The notes beneath the pieces were generated by a model that saw only the letters and a list, made by a program, of their open reading frames with translations, was not told where the DNA came from and ran no database searches. Position numbers and translations under genes: made by a program. Source: a virus. From it: 46,537 nucleotides of DNA. Shown here piece by piece: positions 10,401-19,171 of the stretch (positions are counted from its first letter, which is position 1; every line of letters starts with the position of its first letter). The stretch covers positions 1-46,537 of the IMG/VR virus record IMGVR_UViG_3300045988_174467; one strand, 5' to 3'.

Positions 10401-11157
10401 AAATGGGAAGATCGGATTCATTGGCGTGAGTGTGGAGGAAAAGGATGCGGAGGGAAATACAAAAACCGTTATCAAACTTTCTGCTGATGATATTAAGTTA
10501 GAAGGACTCGTCACGGCCAATGGGCATTTCAAAATAACGGAAGAGGGGAGTCTGGAAGCGCTGAACGCTAAAATTTCAGGCTCATTCTCGGCTGGGACGA
10601 ACCGACCGATTGTCATTTCTGCTAATGATAGGGGCGATGGGTACATTGATTTGGGGAATATCATTAGGATGGAGTATTCCGAGAGGGAAACTTGGGCTGA
10701 TCCAATGGGGGACGAACGACTCGTGCGGAAGAGTGGTAAAATTACAATCCGTGATAGCGAAGGTGAAACGGTGGTCTGTGGAGGAAATATGAAAACTTTC
10801 TATGCCGATCTGGCTACTTTGCAGGTGAAATGGGCAAGTATGCTGTATGGCTATACCAAAATCTTTGGTTCGCTGTCTTTCAATGAAGCCTTTATTGGTG
10901 CGCCAGGGGCAAATATAGAAATTGATGCGGAGCACTCCGTGTACTATTTTGATGCAGGGGGAACTTTGACGCTTCCGGATGATGCAGCTGTGCACCCCGA
11001 AGGGCGTATTCTCTTTGTGAAAGGAAGAGGAGTTACGTTGAAAGGAAAACTGATGAGACCGGCAGGTTGTGAGATCATTATGGAGTATAATTTAGGTTCC
11101 AACTCGGCCTTACTGGTCGAAATGCATGGGGCTTGGTGCATCTTTTATTGTGGATAA
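7492..11157 (+). CDS. large tail/baseplate-associated protein (about 1221 aa)
   Basis: Second gene after the tape measure. ATG 7492 is preceded by a TATTTTTG box at 7467-7474. The ORF track's GTG 7438 is an alternative start. Confidence 0.55.
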   Translation: MDILLKPDSLSLAGAMNHFIIAANNEVSFVLKFADTETTIVQHVYSPNKAGRIEIDLESIVVPLLSFHLQDVSEPYKQPAIVRKFTAVIAEANTADSKTWSFSVLRAGIDHFADSAVNWLKANFLTWQPTLKPVTYFTPEFLTYYALIDAVVHCRAYVEKEGNYVPHDLTLANLSNGAVWTIPVQYAIIAGKLNKLPSYYDVWVETTNGTRLTYIQRYYASDIRSEQEEWLLFENSLGGIDTFRAYGDAENTAKHTHNIAEIENNAEEYRVDTTREYKKNTGLLTDAERKWLLDFFPSLGKYIYYGPYVRRIVVTESEVTWHTKELPSAFSFTYRYADARPYLNLSRVDRPLGDLHIKIPEIGDFTIAPRLVELDRLPLSGGALFPVQNPYSEKWTTTTAAAMLDWLAHEITAAYKGDGSFGHSHENMSLLNALSLFGKYLLVNAQKISAGEADMATLAKKLDPTSKDWDRILRKDRNDATAYDLTVGGDLTVEGNLGKGDFVSGMDGTGWRLWMKNELANLELDSLTVRQTMRIFELLIDRVRSVNGQLVVSAANGKIAAVNDLGNQLLIAFEMGCDFEAGDFLRCQTFKGSRLKHYWVQVKETRTTEDGKVWAVLNKEDEGWLNGTAEVGDECVLFGSDKKERQGLIFISATDDGLPRIDILNGVKGRNLKNCLRTRLGALDGIRDDYFPAENQPHGYGLYSDNAYLKGDFILRTGVNINTWVSIVEGKVRSEIDSMRSDFIAGKGYLANSLFLDGLNKWQTENNTTFFTLGGKWIWANGNVFSWKGDSAVVGTDRGRTVMKIANKYIKQKNEDLTARPRFEKDKEGKIVPQPIYLTFYYRVVKQGTLTAGFVNQDLTTTQDNYEELKVKETLPATTDYLQYKASGQWNGTGDFQLSFTGEIYVYMLILTQREVDGLEYKYRTLFEQTDRLIQLTAGIYEKNAEALKALRESGLVIAPEGSGIFAKDANGKIGFIGVSVEEKDAEGNTKTVIKLSADDIKLEGLVTANGHFKITEEGSLEALNAKISGSFSAGTNRPIVISANDRGDGYIDLGNIIRMEYSERETWADPMGDERLVRKSGKITIRDSEGETVVCGGNMKTFYADLATLQVKWASMLYGYTKIFGSLSFNEAFIGAPGANIEIDAEHSVYYFDAGGTLTLPDDAAVHPEGRILFVKGRGVTLKGKLMRPAGCEIIMEYNLGSNSALLVEMHGAWCIFYCG

Positions 11158-11169
11158 TTGGTAATAGAT

Positions 11170-11460
11170 ATGACAAAAATCAATTTTGAACAGTTCCCTG
11201 TCTATACGGATATTAGCAGGAAGAATACGCTTGTTGGTGATGTGCGTGAGAGTTTCGCAAACCTCCTTTATACGCGAGCGAATGGTGTACGAATGCATGC
11301 CTTGGCCATGAAAATTTATCAGAGCCATGGCCCTAACGCTTATGATGATGAAGAATTGCGGATAATCTTTTCTGTCGCAGAAGAAATGACTACCCCCGCT
11401 TTCTTTGATAGTCTGAAAGCACATGTAGAAGCGATGAATAATGAAAACGTTGAAAAATAA
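11170..11460 (+). CDS. hypothetical protein (96 aa)
   Basis: ATG-initiated ORF between the tail protein and the fibre gene. Protein-like composition. Confidence 0.55.
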   Translation: MTKINFEQFPVYTDISRKNTLVGDVRESFANLLYTRANGVRMHALAMKIYQSHGPNAYDDEELRIIFSVAEEMTTPAFFDSLKAHVEAMNNENVEK

Positions 11461-11474
11461 TAAAGCAAAAGAAT

Positions 11475-14400
11475 ATGACTGAACAGGAAAAACAAGAGCT
11501 TAAGAATGAGCTGAGGAAGGACATAGTGAATGAGCTGAAAGCCGGTTCTACATCTGTGCAGGAATTAGAAGAGGTGCAGGCGCTCGACAATGTCGAATCT
11601 TTGCCTGCTGCACGGGGTGGTGAAATGGTCAAAGTCCCTATAAGTCTTTTGGGGAAGCCGGCAGCCGATGCGGCAACCTTGGCGCTTGAGGCAAAAAAAC
11701 AGGCTGATGGCGCGGCGATAAATGCGGATGCGGCAAGTAAAAATGCGGCCACAAATGCAAAAAAAGCACAGGACGCTGCGACAAACGCTGCGACGGCCAT
11801 CACTGAAATCACAACCGCGAAGGAAGCTGCTTTGCAGGTGGTAGAGCGTTACGAAGGCGTGGCGCTCAAAGCTTACAAGGGAGCTACAGCGCGCTTTGAT
11901 GGTATGCTTGAGGATGTGGAAATCGCGCAGCTGAGTGCGAATGAAGTCGCTGCTGTATACTATGTGACCTCAAAGCGAATCTTTGTAGGAAAGTTTGCCG
12001 GACAATACGTCAGCAATTGGTCCGGCGCAGACTTCTATATGTCGGAAGATAGAACAACCATTCGCAAGGATAAGTTGTTTCTGCTCGACAAAACGCTTTA
12101 TGCCTGGAGTGAAAAAGCCGCAGACCTGATAGAATTGTTTGGGACTGGTGGTGGAAATACCATTAATGTGACACAAGCTTATCCGTTGTCGTCCGGCTAT
12201 TATACGCTTGCCACTGCTGTCATGGCCGTGGAGGGCAAACGGAGGGTAAAAGGTTGTTGCCTTACTTTTGAGATAAATCAGGGGAAATGGGTGACGAAGC
12301 AGTTTGTGGGAACAGATCTTTCAAGCTGGGAGCAGATCGAAAGCTGGGAGGATTTTGGCGGCCAAGGAATGGTAAAGAGTGTGACGGTGAATGGGAAAAA
12401 GATGATCCCGGATAGTCAAGGTGATGTTCAGGTAAAACTTGACGAGGTGAAGGTAGACGAAAGTCTTGATGCTGATAGTACGAACCCCGTGGCGAATCGT
12501 GCCGTAGCCGGGAGATTTAATGAAATAGAGGCTGCTACTCTTTTTGATAGTGATGTGACTGAAGAAGAGGGGAAGCAAACCGTGACACTGAAGAACAAGA
12601 GCGGCGCGGCCATTACACGGTTTACCTTGCCTGCCGGAAGTGGTGGTGGCGGAGAAACGGCTGCTACAAAGATCGTACTCGGGGCAAGCGTGGACAGAAA
12701 TGTTATAAAGGAGGGGAGTAATTGTATCCTGACTTATAGTTACGACCATCAATATATGGGAGGTGAAGATCGTGGCAAGAGTACCGGACAAAAGGCTACT
12801 GTCGAAGTACGCCTTGTGCGGGGGTCTATGCTTGTACAAGAACGTAGCTTTGATAATGTGAGCCGAGGTAGTTACACGCTGGATCTGAGTAAATATCTTC
12901 AAATGGGTACGACCGATATCTACGTGAAAGCTACGACAACGGACCCGGATACGGGAAAATCCCAAGTAAAGCAGGCGTATGTGAATGTGAAGGTCGTCAA
13001 TATCGTCCTGCAGAGTAGTTACGTGCTTGCTGAGGGGTTGGCTGATGGCGGCTATGGGGAAACTGATAATGCCGTTATACCTTATACCGTGCAGGGGACA
13101 GGTACAAAAACGGTATTTCTCTATGTGGATGGTCGGCAATGTGAGAATCGTGTGGTGACGCGAAGCGGTACAACGAATGGTAGCTTTTCGATACCGATGC
13201 ACGGATTGGCTGTTGGACGCCATTCAGTACAGCTGGTGGCGGAGATGGAAACCGGTGGGGGGCAGCTGCGTAGTGAAAGTGTTTATATGGATATATTCAA
13301 GGCGGGAAACGATCAAGTGTTGATAGGGACGAAACATGTCTTTAGGGACGGACGGATCCTTACAGACAATCATTTGATGCCATTACTCAAAGTCGGACAG
13401 TACGAACAACTCTCTTTTGAGTTCGCAGTGTTTGATGCTGCTGCTACACCGGTAGGTGTGACCATTCTCCTGAATGACGCTGCTTCTCAAAGTGTGAACG
13501 TTCCAAGAACGGTGCAAACCTACATCAATCGATTTACGTCGCAGGGCATGCAACAGATGAAAATCGTATGTGGAGCGACGGAATACCACCTTGGTATTGA
13601 GGTAGAGAAAAGCGGAATAGATATTAGTGAGGCTGCCCATGGCCTGAAGCTGAAACTCAGTGCCGCAGGAAGAAGCAACGGAGAAGCAGACCCCGCACAC
13701 TGGGAATATGGTAGCGTGAAGACGACGTTCGATGGCGTGGATTGGAATACGAGTGGATGGACGGGGGATGCGCTGAAGTTGATCAATGGGGCGAAGGCGA
13801 GGATAGATTTTGCTCCTTTTACCATTGATGCGACAACTGCCGGTTGTACGATAGAGGTAGAAATGAAGGTTTCTAATATAACGGACAAGGACCTGGGTGT
13901 GGTTTCTTGTATGAGTGGTACGAAAGGTTTTCAAATAATGGCAGACAAAGCGATGATGTACACAGGATCGACCAAGGAAGTCGTTGATGAGGAAGGAGGG
14001 AAAACGATTCAACGGGTTGGAGTCGGTCGGCAGTATGGCTCGGATATGTGGGTGAAAATTGCTTTCGTTGTTGGAAAACGTACCGAGGGGAGGTTGATGG
14101 AACTATACGTGAACGGCACACGAAGCGCAGCGGATATCTTCGGAGAGAGCGATAATTTCGCGCAAGACAGCCCGCAGGGGATCACCATTGATAGTGACGG
14201 GGCGGATGTGGAAATACGAAATCTTAGGGTTTACGACCGTGCTTTAAGTGATGATGAAGAAATGGATAACTACATCATTGATCGCCGCACACCGGACGAA
14301 ATGGCGGTCCTCTTTGAGAAAAACGACGTTCTTGGAGAGGATGGCAGGAGCACTGATTTCGAGAAACTGCGAAAGAAAGGAAAGGGGGTTATGCTCGTCG

Positions 14401-17400
14401 TGCGGCCGGATGGACTCTCACCGGTGAATGCGGAAAATAACAAAAAGGCAGACTTCCTCTCTGATGTTCACTTGTGGATGCCGGATGGGCGATACATCTA
14501 CCTGAAGAATGTGTATATCCGCATTCAGGGGACAAGCTCGACGAAATATCCGACCAAAAACTATCGCATCTATTGTGCGAAAGGAGAGAGCCCGGAAATG
14601 TATGTGGATGGTGTGAAACAAGACGAACTGAAGGTAGCTCTGCGCACTGGACAGAAGGCGGTTAAAATCCTATGTGCAAAGGCTGACTACTCGGATAGTT
14701 CAATGACTCAGAATACCGGTGGTGCAAGGCTGTGGAATGATATGATGAAGGCGCTGGGCTTCCTTACTCCGCCACAACAGGTGGACAGCAGTGTGCGTAC
14801 GGCCGTTGACGGTTTCCCTATCGATGTCTTTTCTGCGGAAAGTAGGGAAAGTACGCCGACGTACTATGGGCAGTATAATCTCAACCACGATAAAAGCGAC
14901 TGGCAGGATATCACCGGGCTCTCCGGTGTACCTGGTTTGGATGTACAAAAAACGATGGCGCTTGAGTTCCTGAATAATACGCAGCCGCTGTGTTTGTTTC
15001 AGGGGAAGGTAAATCTTGACATGCAAGCTGCAGCGGAATTCGACAAAGCGTTGGAGTTCAATTTCCCCGAGGGGACGAAGTGGGCAAATGCAACAGAAGA
15101 GCAGAAAACGGCATTCAAGCGGCTGTGGGCTTGGATAAGAGACTGCGTGCCGGCAGGAGCAGCGCCGAACAATATCAATGCTTTTGTGTCGTCGAAGTTC
15201 AAAAGCGAGTTGGGGCAGTACATCGATAAGAACTTCTTGTTGTGCTGGTGGCTCTTTACGGATTTTTTTGCAAATGTGGATCAGCGCGCAAAAAATATGA
15301 TTTGGGTGACTTGGGATAAATTGCTCTGGTTTCTCTTCTATTACGACGGCGATACGCAACAGGGCGATCGTAACGACTCCATGCTGGCATACCTTTATAA
15401 CGTGACGAGAGAGACGTGGGATGCTGAAAAATCGAAATATGCTTTCGAGGGACACGATTCTTGGCTGTGGTGCTTGGTGCTGGCTAATTTGAAAGACGAT
15501 ATCGTTAAGATGGCCGGGAAAATGCGCTCCTTTTTGACGGAAGAGCGGGTCAATGAGATATTTGACCGAGAACAGCAGGGAAACTGGTGTGGCCGTATTT
15601 ACAATAAAAGCGGCGAATTGAAGTATATCAAACCACAAATAGAGGGTGTGATGGTGAAGGGGCAGTTGGTGAAGTACCCTTACATCTATGCGCTGAAGGG
15701 CGACAAACAGGCTTTTCGTCACTGGTTTATCAAAAATCGATTCTCGCTGCTCGATGCGAAATACGAGACGGGAAATTTCCTCTCTGACAATATCGACATG
15801 TATATGAGTCGCAAGGCTGATGCACCGGCCAATACGATCGTAGTAACAGCAAGCGACCTGTATTATTTTGGTTATGGTACGAACAACGCGCCGCACCTGC
15901 AGGCAAGTCGACGAGCAGAAAAAGGAGAAAAGGTGACACTTACCTTTACGAATGCCTTCACCGTAAATGACCCTATCCGCATCTACGGGGCAAGTCGCAT
16001 AGCGGAACTGGATATGCGTGGGGCTTCTGATAACTTGACGGGGGATGTGAATCTGAACAAGTGCAAGGTATTACGAAAAATTGACTTGCAGACGGACGGA
16101 ACAGGGTCCAAAGGGTGGTGCTTGGTGCTTGACCGGTGCCGGCAGTTGGTAGACATCAACCTCTACGGACAGGGAGGTGCAAAAACCGGCACGCTATCAA
16201 GTAGGGAACTGGATTTCTCTAATCAAACAAGATTGAAAAAGCTTGATGCCAGGGGGGTAGATGTTAATGCTGTCCTGCTGGCGCGAGGATGTCCTATAAC
16301 CGAACTTAAATTGGGGGGCAAAATACAAACGCTCCGGCTGGAATATCTGCCGGAATTGAAAGACCGCGAACTTCAGTTGCAGAATTGGGAGACGGTGAAG
16401 ACGCTGCGCTTTGCAGCTTGCCCAAAACTGAGTTGGCAGACGATCCTTGATAGGTGCGTAAGCGTAGAACGTGTGCGTATCGAGGGAATAAATATAAAAG
16501 ATGATGGAACGCTATTGAATAGGTTTAAAAAGCTGAAGGGTATTGATGCTGCAGGTAATGCAGTGGATTATTGCGCCCTTCTCGGAACTGTCAGACTCAC
16601 CTCTTATATGGAGGAAGAAGAATATGCTGCAATACGCAGATGCTTTCCGGAATTAAATATCTTACAGCCTGAATATTCGGTTGTTGAGTTCGATACGGCT
16701 GTGGCAGATCCGGCAAACATCACTTGCCACGATACGAAAAGCGGCTATCTTTACGGCAATGCGTATCGTCCGGGAGGACACGTTGCGCGCGTCCTTGCAG
16801 ACCGCCATGCATATACGGGAAATCTTGAAGCAGGTGTAATGAAACTGCGTCAGCTTGCTGATGATGACTTCTCAAAGCACGTTGATGGATCTCCGGCAAA
16901 GACAGATGGTTCAGAAGGCGACGTCTTCATTCGAGAACCACACTACTGGTATAAAGGTGTAAACGACCAATTGAAAAAGAAGTATTATATTCTTTATTCT
17001 TCTAATCCGAAATGCCCTTCTTCTGTGCCCGTGAAGACCTTGACTTGGGAAAATATCGCAGATTCGAATAAGCGGGAGAAAAAGCAGATAACGGCAGATT
17101 ATATCCGAAGAGGAATGATTGATTTTGATTCCTTGCCAAACGGAAAAATTCGTGAAAGGAGAAACGATCGGACTGAATCATTCTTTGACGTCGTGCGTTG
17201 TGAGGTGCGAGGAATGCGGAAAGTGCGTTGTCCGATGTGGGTGCATGAATCTTATCAGGTGATGATGCTCTTCTCTGATGCTGATGGTAAGATCCTTCCA
17301 TCTGCAACTTTCTCCTCACCGATTACAGCTCCTTATTTCAGCCGTGGTCAATACGTCGTATTTGATGTCCCCGAAGGAGCCCACTGGTTCTGGGCTACAA

Positions 17401-18314
17401 TCTGTCGAAACTTGTCGAGTAACTCGCTCGAAACACTAAACATGGAAAAGCCTTTTGATAAAATAATCTTGTCGCCTTCTGATTCTATCCTCGATGTTGA
17501 GCCGGATTGGGTCGAACATACAGAAACGCTTGTAGGGGCTTATCCTGCATCTTTCCCGGATAGAGTGCTGCGCAGCGTGGCCGGCCGGACAGCCTTGCTC
17601 GAGCAGAATAAAGCAGTATACCTCGCCGCGGCGGCGGAGAGAGGTCTGACAATTATGGATTATGAGGCATATAAGGATATTGCAAACCTTGTGCTGGCTG
17701 CTATAGGACACCGGAATACGAAATTGCATTTCGGGCAAGGTCGCGCGACCATTCTAACAAAGAGTGGAACAACAGATCAACTTGGGATGGGCAGTACAAG
17801 CGGGGAAAATGGAACGGATCTCGCTGTTACTTTAACGACTGAATACGGTAATACAATTCGCACAGTACAAGAAACTTCGCGTATCATGGGCTATGAGAGC
17901 CTCGCATCTGCTTTCTTCTTTATATTGGATAACGCAAGCAGACGTGCTGATCCATATTCAGATTTAAGAGTTGCCGTTACATTCCTTAAATCGGCACTAC
18001 CTCCATTCGAGGAACGCAAGTTATCTCTAATTCCTGGTAGTGACGCTTATGTGTCTGTTGCCGCTGTGTATGGGCAGCGCTTTGCGGATATCGTCCAGAC
18101 TGGTACGCCGTCCGGATTCGGAGATACTGCTACGCTGACAACTTATTATTGTGCGCAGCAAACTTCACATACTGGCCCGTCATTGGTCAATTCCGGACAC
18201 CCGAATGTTAGCACAGGTCATCTTCTCGGTTTATGTGGACGATACGATGATTCGTCTAAAGTAATGCTCGGAGTACGACTGATGTATCGCGGAAAAATGG
18301 AGTATGTTAAATAA
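11475..18314 (+). CDS. giant multidomain tail fibre / receptor-binding protein (2279 aa): A/K-rich coiled N-terminus, beta-rich region, LamG-like, CotH-like and LRR-like modules, and an unknown C-terminal region
   Basis: LamG-like: LMELYVNGTRSAADIFGE...VEIRNLRVYDRALSDDEEMDNY (about 13640-14275). CotH-like: KNYRIYC, VDGFPIDVF, YGQYNLNHDKSDW, NFLLCWWLFTDFFANVDQRAKNMIW, WFLFYYDGDTQQGDRND (about 14380-15770). LRR-like: IAELDMRG..LRKIDLQ..LVDINLYG..LKKLDARG..ITELKLGG..LRLEYL (about 15975-16560). Confidence 0.75.
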   Translation: MTEQEKQELKNELRKDIVNELKAGSTSVQELEEVQALDNVESLPAARGGEMVKVPISLLGKPAADAATLALEAKKQADGAAINADAASKNAATNAKKAQDAATNAATAITEITTAKEAALQVVERYEGVALKAYKGATARFDGMLEDVEIAQLSANEVAAVYYVTSKRIFVGKFAGQYVSNWSGADFYMSEDRTTIRKDKLFLLDKTLYAWSEKAADLIELFGTGGGNTINVTQAYPLSSGYYTLATAVMAVEGKRRVKGCCLTFEINQGKWVTKQFVGTDLSSWEQIESWEDFGGQGMVKSVTVNGKKMIPDSQGDVQVKLDEVKVDESLDADSTNPVANRAVAGRFNEIEAATLFDSDVTEEEGKQTVTLKNKSGAAITRFTLPAGSGGGGETAATKIVLGASVDRNVIKEGSNCILTYSYDHQYMGGEDRGKSTGQKATVEVRLVRGSMLVQERSFDNVSRGSYTLDLSKYLQMGTTDIYVKATTTDPDTGKSQVKQAYVNVKVVNIVLQSSYVLAEGLADGGYGETDNAVIPYTVQGTGTKTVFLYVDGRQCENRVVTRSGTTNGSFSIPMHGLAVGRHSVQLVAEMETGGGQLRSESVYMDIFKAGNDQVLIGTKHVFRDGRILTDNHLMPLLKVGQYEQLSFEFAVFDAAATPVGVTILLNDAASQSVNVPRTVQTYINRFTSQGMQQMKIVCGATEYHLGIEVEKSGIDISEAAHGLKLKLSAAGRSNGEADPAHWEYGSVKTTFDGVDWNTSGWTGDALKLINGAKARIDFAPFTIDATTAGCTIEVEMKVSNITDKDLGVVSCMSGTKGFQIMADKAMMYTGSTKEVVDEEGGKTIQRVGVGRQYGSDMWVKIAFVVGKRTEGRLMELYVNGTRSAADIFGESDNFAQDSPQGITIDSDGADVEIRNLRVYDRALSDDEEMDNYIIDRRTPDEMAVLFEKNDVLGEDGRSTDFEKLRKKGKGVMLVVRPDGLSPVNAENNKKADFLSDVHLWMPDGRYIYLKNVYIRIQGTSSTKYPTKNYRIYCAKGESPEMYVDGVKQDELKVALRTGQKAVKILCAKADYSDSSMTQNTGGARLWNDMMKALGFLTPPQQVDSSVRTAVDGFPIDVFSAESRESTPTYYGQYNLNHDKSDWQDITGLSGVPGLDVQKTMALEFLNNTQPLCLFQGKVNLDMQAAAEFDKALEFNFPEGTKWANATEEQKTAFKRLWAWIRDCVPAGAAPNNINAFVSSKFKSELGQYIDKNFLLCWWLFTDFFANVDQRAKNMIWVTWDKLLWFLFYYDGDTQQGDRNDSMLAYLYNVTRETWDAEKSKYAFEGHDSWLWCLVLANLKDDIVKMAGKMRSFLTEERVNEIFDREQQGNWCGRIYNKSGELKYIKPQIEGVMVKGQLVKYPYIYALKGDKQAFRHWFIKNRFSLLDAKYETGNFLSDNIDMYMSRKADAPANTIVVTASDLYYFGYGTNNAPHLQASRRAEKGEKVTLTFTNAFTVNDPIRIYGASRIAELDMRGASDNLTGDVNLNKCKVLRKIDLQTDGTGSKGWCLVLDRCRQLVDINLYGQGGAKTGTLSSRELDFSNQTRLKKLDARGVDVNAVLLARGCPITELKLGGKIQTLRLEYLPELKDRELQLQNWETVKTLRFAACPKLSWQTILDRCVSVERVRIEGINIKDDGTLLNRFKKLKGIDAAGNAVDYCALLGTVRLTSYMEEEEYAAIRRCFPELNILQPEYSVVEFDTAVADPANITCHDTKSGYLYGNAYRPGGHVARVLADRHAYTGNLEAGVMKLRQLADDDFSKHVDGSPAKTDGSEGDVFIREPHYWYKGVNDQLKKKYYILYSSNPKCPSSVPVKTLTWENIADSNKREKKQITADYIRRGMIDFDSLPNGKIRERRNDRTESFFDVVRCEVRGMRKVRCPMWVHESYQVMMLFSDADGKILPSATFSSPITAPYFSRGQYVVFDVPEGAHWFWATICRNLSSNSLETLNMEKPFDKIILSPSDSILDVEPDWVEHTETLVGAYPASFPDRVLRSVAGRTALLEQNKAVYLAAAAERGLTIMDYEAYKDIANLVLAAIGHRNTKLHFGQGRATILTKSGTTDQLGMGSTSGENGTDLAVTLTTEYGNTIRTVQETSRIMGYESLASAFFFILDNASRRADPYSDLRVAVTFLKSALPPFEERKLSLIPGSDAYVSVAAVYGQRFADIVQTGTPSGFGDTATLTTYYCAQQTSHTGPSLVNSGHPNVSTGHLLGLCGRYDDSSKVMLGVRLMYRGKMEYVK

Positions 18315-18320
18315 AAAGTT

Positions 18321-18800
18321 ATGAAACAAGAAAATAACAAACCTTACGCACTTGTATGTATCAACCCTAAGCGCAACACGTGGAGGGTTCGGTACGATTT
18401 CAAGAAAGATGAATTTGGATGGCATTTCCAGGAAAGGGATTTTAACTCTCGCCCATCAGTTGAAGAAATAAAAACTTTGATAATTCAGCATTATAACACG
18501 CTTTGCGATGAAGAAATTATCAGTGGCTTTCGCTTTGAAAATGTGCCCGTGTGGCTTTCGGCTGAAAATCAATTCAACTATAAAGCAGCCTTTGATTTAG
18601 CCGTACAGACGGCTGGGAAAAACCTGCCGGTCACTTTTAGGTTTGGGACGGCCACCGAACCGATCTATCGGAAGTTTTCAACTCTTGATGATTTGAAAAG
18701 TTTCTTTGCTGTAGCGATGGATTATATCAATAAAACGCTGTTGAAGTATTGGAGACTCAAGGATTCAATTAACTGGAAGGATTATGAAATCGAAGAATAG
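18321..18800 (+). CDS. hypothetical protein after the fibre gene (159 aa), possible fibre assembly/accessory protein
   Basis: The assignment is positional. Its sequence (VWLSAENQFNYKAAFDLA) is reminiscent of fibre-associated accessory domains, but this is unverified. Confidence 0.5.
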   Translation: MKQENNKPYALVCINPKRNTWRVRYDFKKDEFGWHFQERDFNSRPSVEEIKTLIIQHYNTLCDEEIISGFRFENVPVWLSAENQFNYKAAFDLAVQTAGKNLPVTFRFGTATEPIYRKFSTLDDLKSFFAVAMDYINKTLLKYWRLKDSINWKDYEIEE

Positions 18801-19098
18801 CAAATCGACAGATAGAGCTTGTGGAGCAATGAATGGGTGGTTGTCGTGGATACGGCCACCGCATTATAAATTTTTCAATGCGGCCTGCATTTTACACGAT
18901 GAACTTTACGATCTCGGTGGAACTGAAAAAGATCGCCTTGCGGCCGATGCTCGCTTATTTGCGGACATGGTACGTCATTGCACGGCGCATTATGGACGGA
19001 GAAAAGTACATACGCAGGCTTGGTTCCTCTGCTTGTCGTATTTTTATTACATCGCTGTACGGCTGTTTGGACGATCGCAGTTCAATTATAGGCCTTAA
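18784..19098 (+). CDS. small protein with an HDxxY motif (DUF1353-like / phospholipase-A2-like)
   Basis: AACILHDELYDLGG...ADARLFADM...YYIAVRLFG matches the pattern I recall for DUF1353-type phage proteins. Confidence 0.45.
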   Translation: MKSKNSKSTDRACGAMNGWLSWIRPPHYKFFNAACILHDELYDLGGTEKDRLAADARLFADMVRHCTAHYGRRKVHTQAWFLCLSYFYYIAVRLFGRSQFNYRP

Positions 19099-19119
19099 GT
19101 TGGTGTATTTGTAGGATAG

Positions 19120-19160
19120 ATGGAAGGTAGGACGCCCATAATAGCTCTCCTACCTTCCAT
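19120..19160. terminator. 13-bp perfect hairpin between convergent genes; candidate bidirectional terminator and/or attP core
   Basis: ATGGAAGGTAGGA (19120-19132) and TCCTACCTTCCAT (19148-19160) with a 15-nt loop. The arms contain the GTAGGA motif, and TGTAGGA also occurs at 19110-19116. Confidence 0.55.
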
Positions 19161-19171
19161 AATATAGATTG

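Noticed and set aside
14700-15896. Very long antisense ORFs inside large + strand genes. Examples are 398 aa at 14700-15896, 392 aa at 29887-31065, 320 aa at 7798-8760, 300 aa at 12321-13223, 298 aa at 2566-3462 and 296 aa at 5491-6381.
   Set aside because: For the two I checked (14700-15896 and 29887-31065), the ORF is codon-for-codon antisense to the sense frame, and I assume the same for the others. It therefore stays open wherever the sense gene avoids TTA, CTA and TCA codons. The translations are R/S/L/C/H-rich and not protein-like. I treat them as shadow ORFs caused by codon bias.
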